Shown here: piece after piece, positions 9,127 to 18,434 of the stretch
Position numbering within the stretch: position 1 is the first letter of the stretch
Layout of the letters: each line of letters starts with the position of its first letter
Assembly: GCA_036759345.1 (NCBI GenBank)
Contig: DAIOUV010000005.1
Location: forward strand, 56,246 to 120,245
DNA: 64,000 nucleotides
Origin: Acidobacteriota bacterium
GTDB taxonomy: Bacteria > Acidobacteriota > Thermoanaerobaculia > UBA5066
Reading direction: 5' to 3'
Notes under the pieces: model-generated
Database searches by the model: none
What the model was told of the DNA's origin: nothing
The model's input: only the letters and a program-made list of their open reading frames with translations
Program-made: the position numbers and the translations under genes

Positions 9127-10029
9127 CTACGCTCCGGCCTTCGCCCGCAGTTCGTCGATGAGGTTCAGCCGGTGCAGCGTCCGGCCGAGGTGCGCCGCGA
9201 AGGCTATGAGGTGCTCGAGCTCGGACGATTCGCCGGGCGGAGGAAGCGGTCCGCGCCGATAGAGGCGCAGGGTACCGAGGAGCTCGCGGCCTCCGAAAAC
9301 CGGGGCGGCGGTGATGGTCCAGTCGGGGCTGACGTCGCCGGCGAGCCGCGGGGCGCGCCCCGTGCGCGGATCCTCCTCAAGGCCGAGCGTCGCGACGAAC
9401 TCCGGAAGGCTCCCGCCCGGCCAGGCGCTGGAGGCCCCGACGAACAGCTCGACGTGGCCCGTGCGCCGAACGTGCAGCGTGACGCCGTCGGCGCCGAACA
9501 CGGACGAGATCCGGTCGAGGATGGGGACGAGCAGGCGCGCCCGAAAGTCCTCGGCCGTGACGCCGTCCTCCTCGACCTTCGCGAAGATCTCCTGCTGCAG
9601 CTCGAGGATCTGGGTGCGGGCCGTGAGGGCGTCCAGGAGCTCCTTGATGCGGAGCGCGTTCTTCACGCGCGCCTTCAATTCGCGGGCGGAGAAAGGCTTC
9701 GTGACGTAGTCGTTCGCGAGCGCCTCGAAGCCCTGCAGGAGATCTTCCTCCTCGGTGCGCGCCGTCACGAAGATAACCTGCGTGCCCGCGGTCGCGGCCA
9801 CGGTCTTGATCCGGCGGCAGACCTCGTACCCGGAGAGATCGGGCATGCGAACGTCCAGGAGGACGACGTCGGGCCGACGGGCGTCCACCTTTTCGAGGGC
9901 CTCGGTGCCGGACAGGGCGCTTTCGAAGTCGCAGCCGAGCTCGTAAGCGATGTACGACGCCACTTCGGCCTGGTACGGGTCGTCGTCCACGAGGAGGAGC
10001 AATGGGGGCGCGGCCGGCGATCGAAACAT
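9127..10029 (-). CDS. Response regulator with N-terminal receiver and C-terminal GAF-like domain
   Basis: LLLVDDDP…DVVLLDVRMPD…VTAR…KPF receiver, followed by ~150-aa domain with GAF-like features. Confidence 0.7.
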   Translation of the reverse strand: MFRSPAAPPLLLLVDDDPYQAEVASYIAYELGCDFESALSGTEALEKVDARRPDVVLLDVRMPDLSGYEVCRRIKTVAATAGTQVIFVTARTEEEDLLQGFEALANDYVTKPFSARELKARVKNALRIKELLDALTARTQILELQQEIFAKVEEDGVTAEDFRARLLVPILDRISSVFGADGVTLHVRRTGHVELFVGASSAWPGGSLPEFVATLGLEEDPRTGRAPRLAGDVSPDWTITAAPVFGGRELLGTLRLYRRGPLPPPGESSELEHLIAFAAHLGRTLHRLNLIDELRAKAGA

Positions 10030-10130
10030 GGAGTTCGAGGATATCGCACTGGGGTCGAGGGGCCCTCGCTGGCGAAATCCCGGGCGGTCGTCGAGAATCG
10101 CCCGTCGTGAGCCTTCGCCTCTACAACACC

Positions 10131-11555
10131 ATGAGCCGCTCCCTCGAGGAGTTCCGCCCCGTCCGCCCGGGAAAGATCGGCCTCTACACGTGCGGTCCCA
10201 CCGTCTACAACCGGGTGCACATCGGCAACCTCAGGACGTTCGTCTGGGAAGACGTGATGTGCCGCGTCTTCCGCGCCCTCGGCTACGAGACGACGCAGGT
10301 GATGAACCTCACGGACATCGACGACAAGACGATCCGGGGCGCCGTGGCCGCCTCTCTGCCGCTTCGCGCGTTCACGGACCCGCACATCGCGACGTTCTTC
10401 GAGGACCTCGGGACGCTCGGCGTCGTGCCGGCGGCGCTCTATCCGCGCGCCACCGAGCACATCCCCGAGATGGTCACGCTCGTCAAGCAGCTCGCCGCCC
10501 GCGGGCACACGTACGAGAGCGACGGTTCGGTCTGGTTCCGGATCTCGACGTTTCCGGGCTACGGGAAGCTCTCGAAGATCGACCTCACGGCCGTGAAGCG
10601 CGGCGCGCGCGTGGCCGACGACGAGTATGAGAAGGAAGACGTGCGCGACTTCGCGGTCTGGAAGGAAGCGAAGGAGGGCGAGCCCGAGTCCGCGACATGG
10701 ACCACACCGCTTGGCCGCGGGCGGCCCGGCTGGCACCTCGAATGCAGCGCCATGGCGATGAAGTACCTCGGCGAAACGCTCGACATCCACACGGGCGCCG
10801 TCGACAACATGTTCCCGCACCACGAGAACGAGATCGCGCAGAGCGAAGGCGCGACCGGAAAGACGTTCGTCAACTTCTGGCTCCACGCCGAGCACCTCCT
10901 TGTCGACGGCGAGAAGATGTCGAAGAGCAAAGGGAACTTCTACACGCTTCCCGACCTCCTCGAGAAGGGCTTCTTTCCGCGCGCGATCCGGTACCTCCTC
11001 ATTTCGGTCCCGTATCGGATGAAGCTCAACTTCACCTTCGACGGACTCAAGGCCGCGACGTCGGCTGTGGAGAGGCTGGAGTCGCTCGACCTGCGCCTTC
11101 GGGAGAATATTTCTTTGAAGGTGAACACGCCCGAGGCAGCGGGCGGGGGCTTCGCGGAGCGAGTGTCGGCGGCGCGCCGGGCGACGTTCGATGCCCTCGA
11201 AGACGACCTGAACACCGCCGGTGCCCTGGGCGCCCTCTTCTCGTTCGTGAAGGCGACGAACGTCGATCTCGAGGCGGGGCATCTCTCCGCGTCGGACGCG
11301 ACGGCCGCGCGAGGTTTACTACGAGAGATCGCCGGCGACATCTTCGGCATCATTCAGGGCACCGCCGCTGCCGAGGCGGTGGACCTCTCCCCCGATGTCG
11401 ACGAGACGTGGATCGACGCGCGCATCGTCGCCCGCAAGGCAGCCAAGAAGGCCCGGGATTTCGGGGCCGCCGATGCGATCCGCGACGAGCTCCTGGGCAA
11501 GGGAATCGTCCTCGAGGACACACCCCAGGGCGTACGCTGGAAGAGGAAGCCTTGA
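10131..11555 (+). CDS. cysS: Cysteine--tRNA ligase
   Basis: MSRSLEEFRPV…LYTCGPTVYNRVHIGNLRT (HIGH), KMSKS present, Cys-binding region. ATG at 10131; the ORF-track upstream extension is ignored. Confidence 0.9.
   Translation: MSRSLEEFRPVRPGKIGLYTCGPTVYNRVHIGNLRTFVWEDVMCRVFRALGYETTQVMNLTDIDDKTIRGAVAASLPLRAFTDPHIATFFEDLGTLGVVPAALYPRATEHIPEMVTLVKQLAARGHTYESDGSVWFRISTFPGYGKLSKIDLTAVKRGARVADDEYEKEDVRDFAVWKEAKEGEPESATWTTPLGRGRPGWHLECSAMAMKYLGETLDIHTGAVDNMFPHHENEIAQSEGATGKTFVNFWLHAEHLLVDGEKMSKSKGNFYTLPDLLEKGFFPRAIRYLLISVPYRMKLNFTFDGLKAATSAVERLESLDLRLRENISLKVNTPEAAGGGFAERVSAARRATFDALEDDLNTAGALGALFSFVKATNVDLEAGHLSASDATAARGLLREIAGDIFGIIQGTAAAEAVDLSPDVDETWIDARIVARKAAKKARDFGAADAIRDELLGKGIVLEDTPQGVRWKRKP
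11102..11125 (+). repeat. AT-rich dispersed motif copy A (forward) inside cysS
   Basis: GGAGAATATTTCTTTGAAGGTGAA; matches the consensus GGAAGATTTCTTWGAAGG…. Confidence 0.6.
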
Positions 11556-11703
11556 CACGGGCGCGCGACTTCGGGTCTACTCCAGCCGTTATGATTTTCG
11601 TTGCGCGCCACTGGCACGTGCATCACAGCTGAGCCGGCCGCGCTTCGCGCCGCCGGCCCATTGAGGTCCGGAGGCGCGCGGGTTTTCCAACGAGTACCCC
11701 CAA

Positions 11704-11733
11704 CCCCCTCCGGCCCGGAGGGGGTTTCGTTTT
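11704..11733 (+). terminator. Rho-independent terminator-like hairpin downstream of cysS
   Basis: CCCCCTCC-GGCCC-GGAGGGGG stem-loop followed by TTTCGTTTT; the U-tract overlaps the TTG start assigned to aroDE. Confidence 0.6.
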
Positions 11734-13258
11734 GGTCCTGACCGCTGGGAAAACGCTTCTCGTCGCGTCCTTCGCGCCGGCTTCGAACGCCGAGGCGCTA
11801 GGGGAGCGCGCGGCTCTCGCCGATCTGCCTCCTTCGGCCGCGGTGGAGCTGCGCCTGGACGCGATGACCGAAGAGCCCGCGTTCGGCGCGCTGCGCGCGT
11901 GCTTCGAGGGTCGGACGCTGATTGCCACCGTCCGATCCGCTGCTGAAGGAGGAGCCTTCCGGGGCAGCGAGGAAGAGGAAAAGCGCCTCCTCGGAGCCGC
12001 ACTGGCGGCGGGTTTCGATCTCGCCGACGTGGAATACCGCGGCGGGGTGCGTGCCACGCTGCTCGGTCTTCCGCCTTCAAAAGCAATTCTCTCTCTGCAT
12101 GACACGGAAGGCATCCCTGCCGACGTGAACGCAGTCGTGGCCCGGATGCTCGCGACACCGGCGCGCTTCGTGAAGGTCGTGGCGACGGCGAACGATTCCG
12201 GCGATGCCCGCCGCCTTCTCGAGCTTCAGGCCGCGAACCCCGGGGGACGCCTCGCGACGTTCGGCATGGGCGAGGCCGGGATCGCCACGCGCGTCCTCGC
12301 GCCGTATCTCGGCGCGGCGCTCGCGTACGGCGCGCTCGTCCGCGGGCGCGCCACGGCACCCGGGCAGCTTCTCGCACGCGACCTCGCCGAAATCTACGGC
12401 GTCGGCCGCGCGCGAGAGGTTTCGCGGCTCTTCGCGCTTGTGGGCGGCGTCGTCTCCCACTCCCTCTCTCCGGCGCTCCACAACGCGAATTTCGAAGCTC
12501 TCGGCCAGGACGCGCTCTACGTTCCGTTCGCGATGCGGATGCTCGGGAGGGAGCTCGAGCCGCTCGTCGCCTCGCTCGATGCGCTCGGTCTTCCCCTCGC
12601 GGGCGCCTCGGTGACGATTCCGTTCAAGGAGGAGGCCGCGCTTCTTTCGGGCTCGGCCGAGGACGGCGAGAGGGCGGTCAACACGCTACTGAGGTCGAGC
12701 GCCCCGGGCCTGCCGCTCCGGCTGCGCGCGGAAAACACCGATCGTGCGGCATTCGAGGCCGTGATTGAAGATGGTGGCGTCGCTCTCGTCCTCGGGGCGG
12801 GCGGCACGGCGAGGATCGCCATGGATGTTCTTGGAAAGAAGAAATATGAAGTCTTTCTGATGAACCGAGGCGACGAGCGCGGCGCGGCGCTTGCGAAAGC
12901 CAAGGGCGCCCATTACCTTTCTCAGAAATCCCCAAGGGCCTTTCCTCAGCCGGATGTCCTCATCAATGCGACCCCGCTTGGTCTGAAAGAGGGCGATCCT
13001 CTTCCGTGCGAGCAGAGTCTTCTTCGCCCCGGGATGCTCGTCATCGACGCACCCTATCGGGCCGGCGGAACGGAGCTCGTCCGGGCGGCGCGCGCCGTGG
13101 GGGCCCGCGTCGTGGACGGCCAGACCCTGCTCCTGCTTCAGGCCGCGGGCCAGGCGACGCTCTTCACCGGGCGGGACACGAGCCCGCGAGAGCTGCTCTT
13201 GCGTCTCGCGCCGCGCCTTCGTTCCCTGTTTTCTTCCGTCGAGGAATTTCTCCCGTGA
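11732..13258 (+). CDS. aroDE: Bifunctional 3-dehydroquinate dehydratase (type I) / shikimate dehydrogenase
   Basis: N-terminal …VELRLDAM…, FVKVV (type I DHQase, Schiff-base Lys region). C-terminal shikimate DH (…GVVSHSLSPALHNANF…, GAGGTARIA Rossmann). TTG start is the only in-frame start. Confidence 0.75.
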   Translation: MVLTAGKTLLVASFAPASNAEALGERAALADLPPSAAVELRLDAMTEEPAFGALRACFEGRTLIATVRSAAEGGAFRGSEEEEKRLLGAALAAGFDLADVEYRGGVRATLLGLPPSKAILSLHDTEGIPADVNAVVARMLATPARFVKVVATANDSGDARRLLELQAANPGGRLATFGMGEAGIATRVLAPYLGAALAYGALVRGRATAPGQLLARDLAEIYGVGRAREVSRLFALVGGVVSHSLSPALHNANFEALGQDALYVPFAMRMLGRELEPLVASLDALGLPLAGASVTIPFKEEAALLSGSAEDGERAVNTLLRSSAPGLPLRLRAENTDRAAFEAVIEDGGVALVLGAGGTARIAMDVLGKKKYEVFLMNRGDERGAALAKAKGAHYLSQKSPRAFPQPDVLINATPLGLKEGDPLPCEQSLLRPGMLVIDAPYRAGGTELVRAARAVGARVVDGQTLLLLQAAGQATLFTGRDTSPRELLLRLAPRLRSLFSSVEEFLP

Positions 13259-14889
13259 AGATCGAGCGGCCCGACCCGAATCTGCCGCGCGGCGTGCAGG
13301 CTTTTCTCTTCGACGCGGCCGAGCGCCGCCGTAAGGCGGAGGATTCCGTCGTGCGCAGGCTTCAGGACGCCGGTCTCCGCGAGGTGATCCTTCCCGTTCT
13401 CGATTTCGCGGCCCCCTATGCGGGCGTGACGGCCGAGGGAGACGAGCGCGTCTACCGGTTTCTCGACCGGCAGGGGAATACCCTCGCGCTCCGGGCGGAC
13501 TTCACGCCGATGGCCGCCCGGGTCGTCGCGCCGCGGCTCGGCGCTCTCTCCGGAGCCGTCTCCCTTTTCTATCGCGGGGACGTCGTGCGCGACGAGGAGA
13601 CCGGCGTCGGTCGCCGCCGCGAGTTCGCGCAGGTCGGCGCCGAGCGTTACGGCGACGGCCGCCCGGAGGCCGACCGCGAGATGCTCGCGTTGGCCCTCTC
13701 GTGCCTCGGCGACCTTCCGGCCACGCGCCTCAGGCTCACGCTCGGCTGGGCGGGCCTTCTCGAACGTCTGCTCACGACGCTCGCGCCGGGGTTCCGAGAG
13801 GACCGAGCGGACGGCGCGGCCGGACTCGCCGGGGCCGTGTCGGCCGCACGTGCCCGGCACGTCACGGAGCTGGAGACGCGGCTCTCTGCTGCGGGCGCCG
13901 CGCCGGTCGCCGCGGCCGAAGCCGCCCGGGCCCTCCTCGTCGGCTTCGAGCCCGCTTCGGATCTCTTCCGCCCGCCGGAGCTCGCGGGCGCGGCCGCGGA
14001 GCTCGCGCGCGCGGTCGCGATCGCGAAAGGCGCCCGGCCCGGCCTGTTGGTCGTCGTCGACCTCGCGGACGCGCCCCAGGCGCCGTATTACACGGGGCTC
14101 ACGTTCAGCGTGGACGCCGCGAACGGAGGCGGCACGATTGCCGGAGGCGGACGGTACGACGGCCTCCTCGGGCGCTTCAGCGCGGCGGCTCCCGCACTCG
14201 GCTTCTGCATCGGCCTCGAGACTCTCGGTGCCGCCACGGAGGCCGGCGACACGGGCACGCGCCCTCTGCGGATCGCGGTGGGGAAGGGCCGGCTCCTGCC
14301 GAAGGCGCTCGAAGCGCTCCGTGCCGGAGGCGCCTCGTTCGGCGAGCCCGACGGCCGGCGCCTCCTCGTGCCCTCTGCGGACGGCGCGTTCGAGCTGCTT
14401 CTCCTCAAGGACGACGACGTCCCGACCTATGTGGCCCACGGCGGAGCCGACCTGGGGATCGTGGGCAGCGACCGGGTCGCGGAAAGCGGCGAGGACGTGA
14501 CCTCTCCCGTGGAGCTTCCCTTCGGCGCCTGCCGCCTTTCCCTCATCGGCCGGGCGGGGGAGGCATTCCGCCCGAACGGCGCGCCCGTGCGTGTGGGCAC
14601 GAAGTACCGCCGCCTCGCGGCCCGTTATTTCGACGAGCGGAAGATCGCCCACGAGATCGTCCCTCTCGCGGGTTCGGTCGAGCTCGCGGCCGCCCTGAAG
14701 CTCACGGACGTCGTCGTGGATCTCATCGAATCCGGGTCCACGATGGCCGCGAACGGCCTCGCCGAGATCGAAACCATCCTCACGAGCTGCGCGACGCTCA
14801 TCCTTGGACGGGCTTCGCTCGTGGCCCGCCGGGCCGAGATCGCGGAGTTTGTCGAGCGCCTCAGGGTTCACGCGGAGGGGCGGGCATGA
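13255..14889 (+). CDS. hisZG: Fused ATP phosphoribosyltransferase regulatory subunit HisZ / catalytic subunit HisG (short form)
   Basis: N-terminal HisRS-paralogue (HisZ) region, then from ~aa 330 a HisG-S domain (…LRIAVGKGRL…, …GGADLGIVGSDRV…, …DLIESGSTMAANGL…). GTG start overlaps aroDE stop. Confidence 0.75.
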   Translation: MKIERPDPNLPRGVQAFLFDAAERRRKAEDSVVRRLQDAGLREVILPVLDFAAPYAGVTAEGDERVYRFLDRQGNTLALRADFTPMAARVVAPRLGALSGAVSLFYRGDVVRDEETGVGRRREFAQVGAERYGDGRPEADREMLALALSCLGDLPATRLRLTLGWAGLLERLLTTLAPGFREDRADGAAGLAGAVSAARARHVTELETRLSAAGAAPVAAAEAARALLVGFEPASDLFRPPELAGAAAELARAVAIAKGARPGLLVVVDLADAPQAPYYTGLTFSVDAANGGGTIAGGGRYDGLLGRFSAAAPALGFCIGLETLGAATEAGDTGTRPLRIAVGKGRLLPKALEALRAGGASFGEPDGRRLLVPSADGAFELLLLKDDDVPTYVAHGGADLGIVGSDRVAESGEDVTSPVELPFGACRLSLIGRAGEAFRPNGAPVRVGTKYRRLAARYFDERKIAHEIVPLAGSVELAAALKLTDVVVDLIESGSTMAANGLAEIETILTSCATLILGRASLVARRAEIAEFVERLRVHAEGRA

Positions 14890-16151
14890 TCAGGATCGAC
14901 GACGCGGAGGCGCGCGCGGGAAAGAAGGAGCTGGAGATTCTGCTCGCGGGCCGCCGAGGAGCCGCTCCCGACTTCGCCACGCTGAAGCAGGTATTGCCGA
15001 TCGTCGAGGACGTTTTGCGAAGAGGGAAACCCGCGCTTAGGAAATACGTGACGCGCTTCGACCCGCCGGCCGTCCGTCGCAACGCCCGTGTCGACGAGGA
15101 GTTCGCGCGCGCGTTCCGCGTCGCGCGGCGGCGCATCGAGGCCTATCACCGCAAGCAACTCGTCTCCATCTCCTCCGAGTTCTCGTTTCGGGATTCTCTC
15201 GGCGTCTCGTTCGTCGAGAAATCCGCGCCGTTCGACTCCGTGGGCGTATACGTGCCCGGAGGCCGCGCGTTCTATCCGTCCTCGCTCCTCATGGGGGTCG
15301 TACCCGCGCGCGTCGCGGGCGTGCGGCGAGTCGTTGTCGCGACGCCGCGCGGGGCGTGGGCGTCCAGCCCCGAGCTCCGCTGGGCGGCGGTCGAGCTGGG
15401 AGTCGACGAGGTGCTGCGCGCGGGAGGGGCTCACGGCATCGCCGGCCTCGTCTCCGTCTCCGGCGTCGCGAAGATCGTCGGTCCCGGAAACCGGTTCGTC
15501 GCGGCGGCGAAGCACCTCGTCTCGGGCCTCGTGGCGGTCGACATGCCGGCGGGCCCGTCGGAGGTCTTGATCGTGGTGTCAGCCGACGCCGACCCGGCTC
15601 TCGTGGCGGCGGATCTTCTCGCACAAGCCGAGCACGACCCCGACGCGAAGTGCCTGCTGTTTACGGACTCTCGGCGACTCGCAACCGCCGTGCAGGATGC
15701 AATCGCCTTGCAATTGGAGACGTTCGAAGAGACCGGTTCTTCGAAGGTGATGAGAGCGGCCCTGCGCCGCGGCGGGCGGGTCTTCCTATTCAAGGAAATC
15801 TCACGCGCCGTGTCCTTCGGTTCTGCATTTGCCGCCGAGCACGTCCAGGTGTTCGGAAAGGCCGCCGAACGCCTCTCGCCGCGGCTCCTTCCGACGGCCG
15901 GCGCCCTCTTCATCGGCGCGTCGACGCCGACCGCGCTCGGAGACTACGTTCTCGGCCCGAACCACGTGCTGCCCACCGGCGGCGCCGCGCGCAGCTTCTC
16001 GGGCCTTTCGGTGCGCGACTTCCTGCGCTGGGGCCGTTCGGTGAGCGCGCCCCCGAAAGCGGCGCGCCGCCTCGCGCCCAAGGCAGCGGTTCTGGCGCGA
16101 TTCGAGGGCCTCGTGGCCCACGCGAGCGCGCTCGACCGGAGGGCCCGGTGA
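14886..16151 (+). CDS. hisD: Histidinol dehydrogenase
   Basis: ATG overlapping hisZG stop (ATGA). …VYVPGGRAFYPSSLLM…, …QAEHDPDA…, …PNHVLPTGGAARSFSGLSV… motifs. Confidence 0.9.
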   Translation: MIRIDDAEARAGKKELEILLAGRRGAAPDFATLKQVLPIVEDVLRRGKPALRKYVTRFDPPAVRRNARVDEEFARAFRVARRRIEAYHRKQLVSISSEFSFRDSLGVSFVEKSAPFDSVGVYVPGGRAFYPSSLLMGVVPARVAGVRRVVVATPRGAWASSPELRWAAVELGVDEVLRAGGAHGIAGLVSVSGVAKIVGPGNRFVAAAKHLVSGLVAVDMPAGPSEVLIVVSADADPALVAADLLAQAEHDPDAKCLLFTDSRRLATAVQDAIALQLETFEETGSSKVMRAALRRGGRVFLFKEISRAVSFGSAFAAEHVQVFGKAAERLSPRLLPTAGALFIGASTPTALGDYVLGPNHVLPTGGAARSFSGLSVRDFLRWGRSVSAPPKAARRLAPKAAVLARFEGLVAHASALDRRAR

Positions 16152-17215
16152 CCGGCCGGCCCATTCCGGTCCGCGAGGAGATCCGGGCGCTGCGCGCGTA
16201 TCGGCTCCGACTCGAGGACGCTCCGCCTCTCCGCGCGAAGCTGGACTTCAACGAGTCGCCGTTCGACGTGCCGGAGGAGATCCGCGCGGAGGTCCTCGGA
16301 CGCATCGCCGCGAAGAGATGGGGCCGCTACCCGGAGTTCGGCGCCCCGCGCCTGAAAAAGGCGATCGCCGAGGCGATCGACCGGCAGCCCGAAGAGATCG
16401 TGGTCGGGAACGGGTCGGGTGAGGTGATTCTCGCGGCGGTCTCCGTCTTCGCGGGGGGCGGCTCTCTCGTCCTTCCGACGCCCACCTTCTCGCTCTACGG
16501 ACAGATCGCGGCGATCGCGGCGGCTCGGATCGTGGAAGTGCCGCGCACGGGGCCGGACTTCGACGTCGCCCTGGAGGCGTTCCTCGCGGCGGCGGCGCAG
16601 CCGGGCGCCGTTCCCCTCGTCTGCTCGCCGAACAACCCGACGGGCGGCGTCGTGCGGCGGGAATTCCTGGAGCGGCTGCTGGAGGCCGCCCCCGTCGTGC
16701 TCCTCGATCAGGCCTACGTGGACTTCGCCGGGCCCGGCGACGACGCCCTTTCGCTCCTCGACTCCCGCCCGAACCTCGTCGTCTTCCGGACGCTTTCGAA
16801 GGCGTACGCGGCCGCAGGATTCCGGATCGGATACGCGGTCGCGCCGCCGGAGCTCGCCCGGGAGATCGAGAAGGCCGTCCTGCCGTTCAGCGTCGACCTC
16901 GCGGCCGAGGAGCTGGCGGTCGCCGTCCTTGCGCGTCCCGACGTCGCGCGTGCCCATGTGGGCGAGATCGTGGCCGAACGGGGGCGCGTGGCCGAGGCGC
17001 TCACGGCGGCCGGCTGCCTCGTGGCCTCGTCCTCCGCGAATTTCCTCTTCGTGCGGCCGCCGGGCGACCATGCGGGGCGCGTGCGCCGGGCGCTACTCGA
17101 CAGGGGAATCCTCGTGCGCGACATGACGTCGGCGGCGCCCGGGCGCCTCCGGGTTTCGATCGGGTCCCGGGCGGAGAACGATCTCTTCCTCGAGGCGCTT
17201 GCGGAGGTTTTATGA
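16148..17215 (+). CDS. hisC: Histidinol-phosphate aminotransferase
   Basis: GTG overlapping hisD stop; class II aminotransferase, …LDFNESP…, PLP-Lys region …FRTLSKAYAAAGFRIGY…. Confidence 0.85.
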   Translation: MTGRPIPVREEIRALRAYRLRLEDAPPLRAKLDFNESPFDVPEEIRAEVLGRIAAKRWGRYPEFGAPRLKKAIAEAIDRQPEEIVVGNGSGEVILAAVSVFAGGGSLVLPTPTFSLYGQIAAIAAARIVEVPRTGPDFDVALEAFLAAAAQPGAVPLVCSPNNPTGGVVRREFLERLLEAAPVVLLDQAYVDFAGPGDDALSLLDSRPNLVVFRTLSKAYAAAGFRIGYAVAPPELAREIEKAVLPFSVDLAAEELAVAVLARPDVARAHVGEIVAERGRVAEALTAAGCLVASSSANFLFVRPPGDHAGRVRRALLDRGILVRDMTSAAPGRLRVSIGSRAENDLFLEALAEVL

Positions 17216-17808
17216 GCCGGACCGGAACGGTCGAGCGGAAGACGAAGGAGACGTCGGTGTCCCTGTCGCTGACGCTCGATGGAACGGGGCGAACGGACGT
17301 GGAGACGTCCGTCGGGTTTCTCTCCCACATGCTCGAGACGATCGCGAAGCACGCGCGCGTCGATCTCACGGTCCGGGCGTCCGGCGACGTGCACATCGAC
17401 GCCCATCACACCGTCGAGGACGTCGGCCTCGCCTTCGGCGAGGCGCTGGATCAGGCCCTCGGATCGCGCGCGGGAATCGAACGCTTCGGCGCGAGCCTCG
17501 TGCCGCTCGACGAGGCTCTCGCGCGGTCGGTCGTCGACCTCTCCGGCCGGCCGTACATCGTTTTCGAGTCGGTGGTCGACAAGGAGCTCCTCCTCGTCAC
17601 GAGCGACTTTCCGTTCGCGCTCGTCGAGGAATTCTGGAAGTCCGCCGCGTTCCGGGGCAAGTTCAACCTCCACGTGGACGTGATCCGCGCCCGGAACGGC
17701 CATCACGCTGCCGAGGCGGTCTTCAAATCGGCCGCTCGGGCGCTGCGCCAGGCCATGGCGATCACGGGTTCCGAGGTCCTCTCGACGAAGGGGACGCTGA
17801 CGGCATGA
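17212..17808 (+). CDS. hisB: Imidazoleglycerol-phosphate dehydratase
   Basis: ERKTKETSVSLSL…DAHHTVEDVGLAFGEAL…AAEAVFKSAARAL canonical IGPD motifs. Confidence 0.92.
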   Translation: MSRTGTVERKTKETSVSLSLTLDGTGRTDVETSVGFLSHMLETIAKHARVDLTVRASGDVHIDAHHTVEDVGLAFGEALDQALGSRAGIERFGASLVPLDEALARSVVDLSGRPYIVFESVVDKELLLVTSDFPFALVEEFWKSAAFRGKFNLHVDVIRARNGHHAAEAVFKSAARALRQAMAITGSEVLSTKGTLTA

Positions 17809-18434
17809 GCGAAGCTTCGGCGCCGGCGGTCACGCTCGTGGACTATGGGGTCGGTAACACGGCCTCCGTCGTTCGCGCGTTCCGCCGGCTCGGCGCCGAG
17901 GTGGACTTCACGGCTGATCTCGACCGGGTGGCGTCCGCCCGCCGCCTCGTTCTGCCCGGCGTCGCCGCGTTCGCCCCGGCGATGAACCGGTTGCTCGAGA
18001 CCGGCCTCGAATCGGCCGTGCGGGCCGCGGTGAAGCGGGGCGGACGCCTCCTCGGGCTGTGCCTGGGGTTCCAGCTCCTCTTCGAGGAGAGCGAGGAACA
18101 CGGCGTTCACAGAGGACTCGGCCTCGTGCCGGGCCGGGTCGGCCCTTTTCCCGGTGGCGTGCGAACGCCTCACGTGGGCTGGAACCAGCTCCTCGCGCGC
18201 CGTTCGGACGGTTTCGTCGAGGGGCTGGCGGAAGGGAGCTTCGTCTACTTCGTGCACTCCTACCGTCCCGAGGGCACCGAAGCCGCCGACGTGGCCGCGG
18301 CCTGCGACCACGGCGGAGAGTTCCCGGCGATCGTGCAGCGCGGGAACGTCTGGGGCTGCCAGTTCCACCCGGAGAAGTCGTCGGAGAACGGCCGGCTCCT
18401 GCTCTCGAATTTCCTCCGGGAGGACGCGGCGTGA
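17805..18434 (+). CDS. hisH: Imidazole glycerol phosphate synthase, glutamine amidotransferase subunit
   Basis: [10 protein letters not shown]…[11 protein letters not shown]…HVGWN…CQFHPEKS class I GATase triad. Confidence 0.9.
   Translation: MSEASAPAVTLVDYGVGNTASVVRAFRRLGAEVDFTADLDRVASARRLVLPGVAAFAPAMNRLLETGLESAVRAAVKRGGRLLGLCLGFQLLFEESEEHGVHRGLGLVPGRVGPFPGGVRTPHVGWNQLLARRSDGFVEGLAEGSFVYFVHSYRPEGTEAADVAAACDHGGEFPAIVQRGNVWGCQFHPEKSSENGRLLLSNFLREDAA

Noticed and set aside
9765-11282. 505-aa minus-strand ORF antisense to cysS. Similar long antisense ORFs: 13138-14871 opposite hisZG, 22270-23814 opposite trpD, 39963-41270 opposite the DUF4388 gene, 44837-46213 opposite the amidase, 31888-33840 opposite the helicase.
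   Set aside because: Typical stop-codon-poor shadow ORFs of ~70% GC DNA. Translations are Arg/Pro/Gly/Ala-rich low complexity, with no motifs and no GC3 bias, while the opposite strand carries clear homologs.
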